A DNA stretch of 64,000 nt from Myxococcota bacterium (GTDB lineage: Bacteria; Myxococcota_A; UBA9160; UBA6930): the NCBI GenBank assembly GCA_965223415.1, contig OZ245002.1, forward strand, positions 1,824,001-1,888,000, given 5' to 3'. Both the position numbers and the translations under genes were made by a program. Below the pieces are notes generated by a model that had not been told where the DNA came from, searched no databases, and saw only the letters and a list, made by a program, of their open reading frames with translations. Position 1 is the first letter of the stretch; each line of letters begins with the position of its first letter. This document shows positions 33,942-42,028 of the stretch, piece after piece.

Positions 33942-35654
33942 ATGGCGTATCGCGAGGTCGGCATGTGGGAGATTCTGGAGGTGCTCCGCCGGGCGCACCG
34001 AGGCGAGAGCCAGGTGGCGATGGCGCGGGCCACGGGGCACACGCGCAAGACGATCCGGCGCTACGTGCAAGTCGCCGGGGAGCTGGGCTGGGTCGCCAGG
34101 GGGCCGAGGGAGCCGGATGAGGCCCTGGCCCAAGGGGTGGCGGCTCGGGTGCGGCCTGTGCCCACGCAGCGCGACGCGGGAGAGAGCGAGGCGCAGCTGG
34201 CGCCGCATGCCGACCGGATCCGAGCGTGGCTCCAGCCCGAGGCGGGTGGCCGAGGACTGCGGCTGACGAAGGTCTACGACCTGCTCGGGCGCGAGGGCGT
34301 GCGCGTCCCCTACAGCTCGCTCCACCGCTTCGCGGTCCGCCACTGCGGGTTCCAAGACCGGCGCCGGGTGACGGTGCGCATGGCGGCGGTGGCCCCCGGC
34401 GAGCTCGCCGAGGTCGACTTCGGCCGCCTCGGCATGGTCTGGGATCCGGAGACCGGGCGCCGCCGCACCGTTCATGCCCTGATCGTCACCCTCGTCCATA
34501 GCCGCCACCAGTACGTCCACGTGACCTACGGCCAGAAGCTCCCCGATCTGCTCGAGGGGCTCGAGGACGCCTGGGCGTTCTTCGGCGGGGTCCCGGTGCG
34601 CGTGGTGCTGGACAATCTGAAGGCGGCCGTCACGAAGGCCGACCGCTACGAGCCGATCTTCCAGCGCACCTTCGCCGAGTACGCCCACTACCGCGGCTTC
34701 GTCATCGATGCCGCCGTGCCTCGGCATCCCAAGGGCAAGCCCCACGTCGAGCGCCAGGTGCAGTACGTGCGCGAGCGCTTCTTCCGTGGCGAGCAGTGGC
34801 TGGGACGCGACCACGTGCAGCGCGAGGCCGCGCGCTGGTGCCTGGAGGTCGCCGGCCAGCGCACTCACGGGACGACGCGCAAGAGGCCCCTGGCCGTCTT
34901 CGAGAACACGGAGAAGCCGGCTCTGCAGCCCCTCGTGCGCCCGCGCTTCGATCCGCCCACCTGGGCCGAGGCGAAGGTCCACCCCGACCACCACGTCCAG
35001 TTCCAAAAGGCCTTCTACACCGTGCCCACCCGCCACGTGGGCAAGCGCGTCTGGGTTCGCGGCGACTCGAAGCTCATCCGCATGTACGTCGACGGCGAGT
35101 GCATCAAGACCCACGAGCGCGTGGACCCTGGCTGCCGCTCCACCGACTACCACGACTATCCGCCCGAGCGTGCCCCCTACGCCATGCGGGACCCGGAAGC
35201 GGCGATCCGCCAGGCGCGCGACCAGGGGCCTCACATTGGGCGCTTCGCCGAGAAGCTCCTGGCCGGCCCCTTCCCCTGGTCCAAGCTCCGCCAGGCCCAG
35301 AAGCTGCTTCGCCTCGGCCACAAGTACGGCCTGCCGCGCGTCGACGCCGGCTGCCGCAGGGCCCTCGCCTTCGACCTCATCAACACGAAGCGCCTCGAAC
35401 GCATCGTGGCCGAAGGCATCCAGCCGCTCGGCGACCCCAGCACCCCCGGACAGCTCCTGCTCCTGCCGCCCCGTTTCCTGCGCCCGCAAGGGCACTTCAC
35501 CCACCCCAACGACAACCCCGACAAGGAGACCACCCCCCATGACGACCGAGATCAACCCGTCCCTCAAGACCCTGCTCAAACGCCTGAAGCTCTCGGGCAT
35601 GCTGGCCACGCTCCCCGATCGCGTGGCCTACACCCGGAAGACGAAGCTCCCTGA
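33942..35654 (+). CDS. istA: IS21 transposase IstA
   Basis: MAYREVGMWEILEVLRR, PGELAEVDFG, DNLKAAV, KGKPHVER. Confidence 0.9.
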   Translation: MAYREVGMWEILEVLRRAHRGESQVAMARATGHTRKTIRRYVQVAGELGWVARGPREPDEALAQGVAARVRPVPTQRDAGESEAQLAPHADRIRAWLQPEAGGRGLRLTKVYDLLGREGVRVPYSSLHRFAVRHCGFQDRRRVTVRMAAVAPGELAEVDFGRLGMVWDPETGRRRTVHALIVTLVHSRHQYVHVTYGQKLPDLLEGLEDAWAFFGGVPVRVVLDNLKAAVTKADRYEPIFQRTFAEYAHYRGFVIDAAVPRHPKGKPHVERQVQYVRERFFRGEQWLGRDHVQREAARWCLEVAGQRTHGTTRKRPLAVFENTEKPALQPLVRPRFDPPTWAEAKVHPDHHVQFQKAFYTVPTRHVGKRVWVRGDSKLIRMYVDGECIKTHERVDPGCRSTDYHDYPPERAPYAMRDPEAAIRQARDQGPHIGRFAEKLLAGPFPWSKLRQAQKLLRLGHKYGLPRVDAGCRRALAFDLINTKRLERIVAEGIQPLGDPSTPGQLLLLPPRFLRPQGHFTHPNDNPDKETTPHDDRDQPVPQDPAQTPEALGHAGHAPRSRGLHPEDEAP

Positions 35655-36345
35655 GCTCGACCTCCTGGAGCTCGTCCTTCAGGACGAAGTCGATCGCCGC
35701 GACCACAAGAACCTCGAGACGCGCCTTTCCCGCGCCGGCTTCGAGGAAGAGCAGACCCTCGAGGCCTTCGACTGGGATGCCCCCGTCACCTTCGATCGCG
35801 ATCGCGTGAAGGACCTCTTCTCCCTCGGCTTCCTCGAGCGCCACGAGGACGTCATCCTGCTCGGCCCCGTGGGCGTGGGCAAGACCTTCCTGGCCTCCGC
35901 CCTGGGACACGCCGCCTGCCGGGCCGGGCACCACGTCCTCTTCCTCCGCGTCGACCGCATGTTCCACTGGCTCCACCAGTCGCGAGCCGACCTCTCGACC
36001 GAGAAGGTCTTCCGACGCCTCCTCGCCCCGGACCTCCTCGTCCTCGACGACTTCGGCCTCCGGCGCCTCTCCGCCGAGCAGTCGAGCGATCTCTACGAGG
36101 TCGTCCTCGAACGCCACCGCCGCGCTTCGACGATCGTCACCAGCAACCGCGCCATCGAGGAATGGATCCCCCTCTTCGACGACCCCATCCTGGCCCAGAG
36201 CGCCCTCGACCGCCTCGCCCACAACGCCTACCAGCTCGTCATCGAGGGCGAGAGCTACCGCAAGCAACAGCGCCCCGGCGAAATGCCGACCCACACCCCC
36301 GCCAATCCCCAGCGCCGAAGCCGCCGCCGAACCCGCGTCCGCTGA
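35539..36345 (+). CDS. istB: IS21 helper ATPase IstB
   Basis: LKLSGM, GPVGVGKT, LDDFG, LDRLAHNA. Confidence 0.92.
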   Translation: MTTEINPSLKTLLKRLKLSGMLATLPDRVAYTRKTKLPELDLLELVLQDEVDRRDHKNLETRLSRAGFEEEQTLEAFDWDAPVTFDRDRVKDLFSLGFLERHEDVILLGPVGVGKTFLASALGHAACRAGHHVLFLRVDRMFHWLHQSRADLSTEKVFRRLLAPDLLVLDDFGLRRLSAEQSSDLYEVVLERHRRASTIVTSNRAIEEWIPLFDDPILAQSALDRLAHNAYQLVIEGESYRKQQRPGEMPTHTPANPQRRSRRRTRVR

Positions 36346-36486
36346 CGCCAAACAAGGAGCGTGCTACCTCATCCACCGGCCCGGGACCCATGGGTCAACC
36401 CCGTGAGAATACCTGGGTCATGCCCGCGGGAATCGACACTCCCTCCTCAGCCGTAGGTTCCGGCGCGCGGCCGGATCCCTCGTGCC

Positions 36487-36681
36487 CTACCGTCCCTGCC
36501 CGGACTTGTTCTTCGTGGCATCTACCAGTCTGTAGGTCATTCCCTTCCTCGGGGTCGGGGGAAGACGCTCGCCCTTTACCGAGGTGACCTCCTTGCCCTG
36601 CCCTCCCCGGGGCCCGGTCTGCTGATACTGACCGGATCTCGGCACCTTGGCGCCTGGTCTGAGCTTTCTGAACTTGCCCAT
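36487..36681 (-). CDS. small basic YjzC-like protein
   Basis: ATG 36681 after GGAGG; RPGAKVPRSGQY...GPRGG...EVTSVKGERLPPTP. Confidence 0.75.
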   Translation of the reverse strand: MGKFRKLRPGAKVPRSGQYQQTGPRGGQGKEVTSVKGERLPPTPRKGMTYRLVDATKNKSGQGR

Positions 36682-36747
36682 CTTTGAACCTCCAGATGCG
36701 TCCGGGCTAGCACCTGCGGCCCGGCCCACTCAACAAAACGCATCATC

Positions 36748-36775
36748 TTGACGATTTCTATGAGAATGATACTTT
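36748..36775 (+). promoter_or_regulatory. candidate sigma70 promoter in an AT-rich divergent intergenic region
   Basis: TTGACG-16 nt-TACTTT with an extended -10 TG. Confidence 0.45.
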
Positions 36776-36811
36776 AGGCGGACGGGCTCGCAAGGGCCCC
36801 AGGGAGGAGAG

Positions 36812-37948
36812 ATGGCCGGCGAGTCCATCGCTGCAAACGTCGCCCGGCTACGGCTGGATCGGCGGCTAACCCAGGAGGAACTCAGCCGAAAGGCCGGGCT
36901 CTCGCGGGTCGCGCTCGGGAAGATCGAGCGGGGAGCGGTCGTACCGCGGGCCCAGACTCTGGCCGACCTGGCCAAGGCGCTCGGGGTCTCGGTCGGTGAG
37001 CTTGTGACCCCGGTCCGGCCCCTTGAGACCGTGCGGTTCCGGGCCCATGCGCGGGTGCATTCCCGGGAGCAGATCCTCGCCGAGGTCGGGAAGTGGCTGG
37101 ATGCGTATGCAGCGCTCGAGACCGAGCTCGGGGACGCCCGGCCATTCCGCTTCGCGGCCGACGCGGGCCGCACCGTGCGCGGCACTCCGGTCAACGCCGC
37201 CGCGGCGGCCCGCGTAGCCATTGGGATCGGGCCCGAGGAACCCGTGCGCGACATCTGCGGGCTCCTGGAGGAGAACGGGGTCAAGCTCCTGCTGCTGGAC
37301 AAGAAGAGCGAATCGTTCTTCGGTCTCAGCGTCGGAGCGGGGGACGGTGGGCCTGCCGTCGTCGTGAATACCTGGGACCGGATCTCCGTCGAGCGCTGGA
37401 TCTTCACCGCGGCGCACGAGCTCGGGCACCTTCTGCTCCACCCTGCGGAGTACCAGCGCGACGCCACGGAGCTGCCGCTGCCAGCGGAGCGGGAGGCCGA
37501 CACCTTCGCGAGCCACTTCCTGATGCCCGAGGCCGCATTCGCGAAGGAGTGGGAAGAGACCCGGGGCCACCCGCTCCTCGTCCGCGTTCTCAAGGTCAAG
37601 CGCATCTTCAGGGTGAGCTACAAGACCGTGCTCTATCGCCTAGTCGAGTCCGGACGCGAGGCCAAGGGCGTCTGGCCCGCGTTCCAGGGCCAACATCGAG
37701 GCCACTTCGGCAAGACCCTTCGGAAGGCCGAAGAGCCCAAGGCGCTGGAGAAGAGCGAGTTCGCATGGAACTGGAGCCGCGCCGGCGAGCCGGAGGGACT
37801 CTCACAGCACGATTTCGTCGAGGATCGCCTCTCGCGACTCGTGCGGCAGGCGCTCGAGCAAGAGCACATCTCTCTCGGGCGCGCCGCCGAAATCCTGGGT
37901 ATCACCCGCGAAGATATGAGGAAGCAGGCGCGTGAGTGGGCGGGGTAG
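36812..37948 (+). CDS. XRE HTH + ImmA/IrrE (Peptidase_M78) metallopeptidase fusion
   Basis: LTQEELSRKAGLS HTH; FTAAHELGH; EREADTFASHFLMP; C-terminal ISLGRAAEILG. Confidence 0.92.
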   Translation: MAGESIAANVARLRLDRRLTQEELSRKAGLSRVALGKIERGAVVPRAQTLADLAKALGVSVGELVTPVRPLETVRFRAHARVHSREQILAEVGKWLDAYAALETELGDARPFRFAADAGRTVRGTPVNAAAAARVAIGIGPEEPVRDICGLLEENGVKLLLLDKKSESFFGLSVGAGDGGPAVVVNTWDRISVERWIFTAAHELGHLLLHPAEYQRDATELPLPAEREADTFASHFLMPEAAFAKEWEETRGHPLLVRVLKVKRIFRVSYKTVLYRLVESGREAKGVWPAFQGQHRGHFGKTLRKAEEPKALEKSEFAWNWSRAGEPEGLSQHDFVEDRLSRLVRQALEQEHISLGRAAEILGITREDMRKQAREWAG

Positions 37949-37954
37949 ATACCG

Positions 37955-38449
37955 ATGGCGCGAACGGTCCTTCTCGCCGACGCGGACGTGCTCATCGACT
38001 ACCGCGAATCGGAGATCGGAATCCTCGAGCTCGTGGTGGAGCATCTCGGGCGAGTCGTCGTGCTGGCGCCCGTGCTCGGCGAGGTTCGCGGCGTGACGAA
38101 GACCCAATGCGCGAGTCTCGGCCTTGAGGTTGTCGATGTGGAGACGGAGCAGATGCTGCGGGCCGCCGAGGTCGAGTCGAGTGTCTCCTTCAATGACCGC
38201 CTGTGCCTCGTCGCATGCCGGGACGAAGGGTGGACCTGCGTGACGAACGACGGCGCGCTCCGGCGCCTCTGCAAACGGCATGGCGTCCAGACTAGGTTCG
38301 GCCTCGGCTTGATGGTGGATCTCGTTGCGGGGGGCGCCCTCACGAAGCGGCGTGCCGTGACGGTGGCGCGACAGATCCAGGCTGCGAATCCGCTGCACGT
38401 CAACGAGCACGTCTTGAGCCGTTTTCTCGCTGCTCTCCAAGACCTGTAG
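37955..38449 (+). CDS. PIN-domain protein (DUF3368-like)
   Basis: LLADADVLID, EV, SFND, VTNDGALRR. Confidence 0.8.
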   Translation: MARTVLLADADVLIDYRESEIGILELVVEHLGRVVVLAPVLGEVRGVTKTQCASLGLEVVDVETEQMLRAAEVESSVSFNDRLCLVACRDEGWTCVTNDGALRRLCKRHGVQTRFGLGLMVDLVAGGALTKRRAVTVARQIQAANPLHVNEHVLSRFLAALQDL

Positions 38450-38470
38450 GGCCAGAGGAGGAGGAGTTTC

Positions 38471-41400
38471 ATGCGTCTCCAAGACGAACAACTTCTCTTG
38501 TCCGCCTCCGATCTGTCGGCCCACTTGGGCTGCCAGCACCGCACGCAACTCGACCGCCGCGCCGCAATCGGCGAGCTCGAAGCGCCGCCGCCGGATCCGA
38601 TGTTGGCCGTCCTCCAGGTGCGCGGCCTTGCGCATGAGAAGGCGTACGTCGAGCATCTGGAGCGGATCAGATCGATCCGTCGAGTCGCTCTGGCGGATTC
38701 GGCGCTCGATTTTGATGGGATGGCGGCGACTCGGGAGGCGATGGCGTCCGGCGCCGATGTCATCACCCAGGCTCCGCTCGTAGAGGGCCGCTTCCGGGGC
38801 GTCGCCGACGTCCTACTGCGCATCGACCGGACCTCGCCGGTCCTGGGGAAGTGGTCCTACGTCGTGGTGGATACCAAGCTCGCCACGGAGACGCGCGCGG
38901 GAACAGTGCTGCAGCTCTGCCTCTACACCCGCATTGTCGGCGAGATCCAAGGCCTTCTTCCGGAGGAGTTCTGGGTGGTGTCGCCGGGCGGTCTGGAGAG
39001 CCCCGAGAGGTTCCGAACGACCGACTACCTGGCCTTCGCGCGACGCATCGAGCAGCAGGTCAGGGAGGCCGTCGATGGCGCCCTGCCTGAAGAGCCTACG
39101 GCCCCGGAACCCGTCAACGAGTGCGACATCTGCCACTGGTGGAGTCGCTGCGACAAGCGGCGCCGCGAGGCCGACCACCTCTCCTTCGTAGCCGGGATCA
39201 GCCGCCTGCAGCGGCGTGAGCTGGAGCGGGTGGGAATCAGCACGCTCACCGCACTCGCGAGCGCAGCGTTCCCATTCGAGCCGGCGCCCCAGCGGGGATC
39301 CGGGGAGAGCTACGAGCGAGTTCACCACCAGGCCCGCGTGCAGCGGGACTCGATCGGGAAGGCACCCGTCGTGGAGTTCCTGCCCGAGGCTGGGGAGTCC
39401 GGGGCAGAGGCGCGTCGGCTCGGGCTGGCGCGCCTGCCGGAGCCTTCGCCGGGAGACGTCTTCCTCGACCTGGAGGGTGATCCTTTTGTCGAGGGCGGCG
39501 GGAGGGAGTACCTCTTCGGCTGGGTAACGATCGGAGACGATGGAGAGCCCGTCTACACCGCGCGTTGGGCGCTCGATGCCGCGGCGGAGAAGACCGCCTT
39601 CGAGACCCTGATCGACACTCTCCTGGCCCGGTGGGAACAGCATCCGGACTTCGCGGTCTACCATTTCGGCGTCTACGAGCCAGCCGCGTTGAAGCGCTTG
39701 ATGGGTCGCCACGCGACTCGCGAGGAGGAGCTGGACCGGCTTCTCCGCGGAGAGCGCTTCGTGGACCTACACGCCGTGGTGCGCGAGTCGCTGCGGATCG
39801 GCGTCGAGACCTACGGCCTCAAGCAGCTCGAGGCGGTGCACGGCTTCGAGCGCGACCTCGAGCTTCGGGAAGCCACACTGCACAAGCACCGGTTCGAGCG
39901 CGCACTGGAACTCGAGACCCCCGACGACGCGCCCGAAGGTTCCGCAGAGGGTGTAGAGCGCTACAACCGCGACGATTGCGTCTCGACGTGGCGGCTTCGC
40001 GACTGGCTGGAGGAGAGGCGAACCGAGCGGATCGAGGTCAGCGCTGAGCTGCCGCGCCCCGTGCTAGGCGAAGGCATCCCTTCGGAGGAACAGGAAGAAC
40101 GCTCCGCCGAGATCCAGGCGCTCATGAACGCCCTGCTCGAAGGCGTGCCGGACGCGCGCGACGCCCGGAGCCCTGAAGAGCAGGCTCGCTGGACACTGGC
40201 GCACCTTCTGGAGTGGCACCGCCGCGAGGGAAAGGCTGGCTGGTGGGAGTTCTTCCGGCTCGCGGACCTACGACCATCGGACCTGCGCGACGAGAAGAAC
40301 GGGCTCGTGGGCCTCGAGTTCGTAAGCCGCACGCAGGAGGGAAGGAAGCTCCCCGTCGATCGGTATCAGTTCCCCCCGCAGGATCACGATGTTCGCCCGC
40401 GCCGCGACCTCTACGCCGCGAAGGACGTGAAGCTCGGGACCGTGGAGGACATCGACCTCGCCGCCCGCACTGTCGATGTGAAGAAGCGGCGGGATTCGGT
40501 CGATGTGCACCCCGAAGTCGTCTTCGCGCACGAGAACGTGCCGGCGAAGCCGATCCCCGCCGCACTGCAGCGACTCGCCCAGGAGGTGGTCGAGAACGGC
40601 GTCGAAGGGCCGGGGCGGTTCCGTGCCGCTCGCGACCTGCTTCTGGGACGTCCTCCACGTCTGCGCTCCGGATCCACGGGCGAACTCGCTCACGAGGGCG
40701 AGACGACCCGCGAGTCCGCGGTCCGGCTCGCGCTCGACCTGGCAGAGAGCGTCCTTCCCATCCAAGGGCCACCGGGGACGGGAAAGACCTACACGGGGGC
40801 TCGTGTCGTGTGCGAACTCGTGCGCAAGGGACAAAAGGTCGGGATCACGGGCCCAAGCCATAAGGTGATCCGGAACCTGCTCGACGAGCTGGTCAAGGCG
40901 GCCGCCGAAGACCACCTGAACCTCAGCATCCTCCAGCGCGTCCGCCAGGGCACCGTCACCAAGGGCAGGCCGATCCAGGAGAGCGATAAGTCCGACTGCT
41001 TGTCCACCGCTCTGGCAGCCGGAGAGGTAGACGTCGCGGCAGGCACGGTCTGGGCGTGGGCAAGGGAGGACACCGAAGCCTTGGTGGACACCCTGATCAT
41101 CGACGAAGCGGGCCAGCTTTCGTTGGCGAACGCGATCGCGGCGTCCACCGGCGCGCGCAACGTGATCCTCCTAGGCGATCCCCAGCAGCTGGAGCAGCCC
41201 ATCCAGGGTAGCCATCCGGAAGGCTGCGACACCTCCGCCTTGGAGCACCTGCTCGGCGAGCACGACACCGTGCCGCCCGACCGAGGCCTCTTCCTGGACA
41301 CGACCTGGCGGCTCCACCCGTCGATCCGTGCCTTCACGAGCGAGCTCTTCTACGAGGACCGGCTCCTCCACCACGCTCAGTGCGAGGGACAGGCTCTGAT

Positions 41401-41911
41401 CGGGCCCACCCCGTTTTCCGGTGCGAATCTCTGGCTCGAACCGGTCGAGCACACCGGGAACACCAGCTCCTCACCAGAGGAGGTCGAACACATCGCCCAG
41501 CTCGTAGAGGCGCTTGTGAGGCCGGGGATCGAATGGGTCGACTTCCATGGCGTTCAGCGGCCCCTCACCCACGAGGATCTCCGCATCGTCTCGCCGTACA
41601 ACGCCCAGGTCGCTGCTCTGAAGAGCGCTATTCCGGCGGCAGCGGAGAACATCGGAACCGTGGATCGCTTCCAGGGCCAGGAGGCCCCGGTGGTGATCTA
41701 CTCCATGACGACGAGCTCCACTGAGGAAGCCCCTCGCGGCCTGGAGTTCCTGTTCAGCCTGAACCGCCTGAACGTCGCTACCTCTCGCGCCCGCTGCACC
41801 TGCATCCTGGTTGCGAGCCCCTCCCTCCTCGACGCCGAGTGCAGGACGCCGCGACAGATGAAGCTGGTGAATGCGCTTTGCCGGTATCGGGAACTGGCCC
41901 GGACCGTGTAG
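38471..41911 (+). CDS. TM0106-family RecB-like nuclease / RNase H-like / SF1 helicase
   Basis: LSASDL...C, ADVLL..VDTK, FLDLEGDP, YNRDDC, GPPGTGKT, DEAGQ, GDPQQL, QGQE, RLNVATSRAR. Confidence 0.9.
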   Translation: MRLQDEQLLLSASDLSAHLGCQHRTQLDRRAAIGELEAPPPDPMLAVLQVRGLAHEKAYVEHLERIRSIRRVALADSALDFDGMAATREAMASGADVITQAPLVEGRFRGVADVLLRIDRTSPVLGKWSYVVVDTKLATETRAGTVLQLCLYTRIVGEIQGLLPEEFWVVSPGGLESPERFRTTDYLAFARRIEQQVREAVDGALPEEPTAPEPVNECDICHWWSRCDKRRREADHLSFVAGISRLQRRELERVGISTLTALASAAFPFEPAPQRGSGESYERVHHQARVQRDSIGKAPVVEFLPEAGESGAEARRLGLARLPEPSPGDVFLDLEGDPFVEGGGREYLFGWVTIGDDGEPVYTARWALDAAAEKTAFETLIDTLLARWEQHPDFAVYHFGVYEPAALKRLMGRHATREEELDRLLRGERFVDLHAVVRESLRIGVETYGLKQLEAVHGFERDLELREATLHKHRFERALELETPDDAPEGSAEGVERYNRDDCVSTWRLRDWLEERRTERIEVSAELPRPVLGEGIPSEEQEERSAEIQALMNALLEGVPDARDARSPEEQARWTLAHLLEWHRREGKAGWWEFFRLADLRPSDLRDEKNGLVGLEFVSRTQEGRKLPVDRYQFPPQDHDVRPRRDLYAAKDVKLGTVEDIDLAARTVDVKKRRDSVDVHPEVVFAHENVPAKPIPAALQRLAQEVVENGVEGPGRFRAARDLLLGRPPRLRSGSTGELAHEGETTRESAVRLALDLAESVLPIQGPPGTGKTYTGARVVCELVRKGQKVGITGPSHKVIRNLLDELVKAAAEDHLNLSILQRVRQGTVTKGRPIQESDKSDCLSTALAAGEVDVAAGTVWAWAREDTEALVDTLIIDEAGQLSLANAIAASTGARNVILLGDPQQLEQPIQGSHPEGCDTSALEHLLGEHDTVPPDRGLFLDTTWRLHPSIRAFTSELFYEDRLLHHAQCEGQALIGPTPFSGANLWLEPVEHTGNTSSSPEEVEHIAQLVEALVRPGIEWVDFHGVQRPLTHEDLRIVSPYNAQVAALKSAIPAAAENIGTVDRFQGQEAPVVIYSMTTSSTEEAPRGLEFLFSLNRLNVATSRARCTCILVASPSLLDAECRTPRQMKLVNALCRYRELARTV

Positions 41912-42028
41912 CTGCCCTTCCCCCCAATCCCCGGGACCCGTCCGACCCAGCGATTCCCTTGCTCCTACCCCTCAGAGCGTGGACCCACGCGTCGATGGTC
42001 GCGCATTGCCGAAGCCCCAGACGGCGAG

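Larger units (their letters stand above)
33778..36438 (+). mobile_element. IS21-family element 3, complete, with 5-bp target duplication CTCCC
   Basis: TGTC...GACA ends; repeated TTCTCACGGGCATGAC boxes at both ends; CTCCC at 33773-33777 and 36439-36443. Confidence 0.92.

Noticed and set aside
35530..35654. istA of element 3 overlapping istB by 116 bp as a programmed frameshift
   Set aside because: A single-base difference in a C6 run would give the usual ATGA overlap; no slippery-site evidence.
28390..36438. IstA/IstB pairs as a Tn7-like or CAST system
   Set aside because: No TniQ/TnsD or Cas effector; these are three ordinary, distinct IS21 elements.
38471..39200. Cas4-like nuclease motif suggesting CRISPR adaptation
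   Set aside because: It is the N-terminal domain of a TM0106 protein; no cas1/cas2 or array is present.
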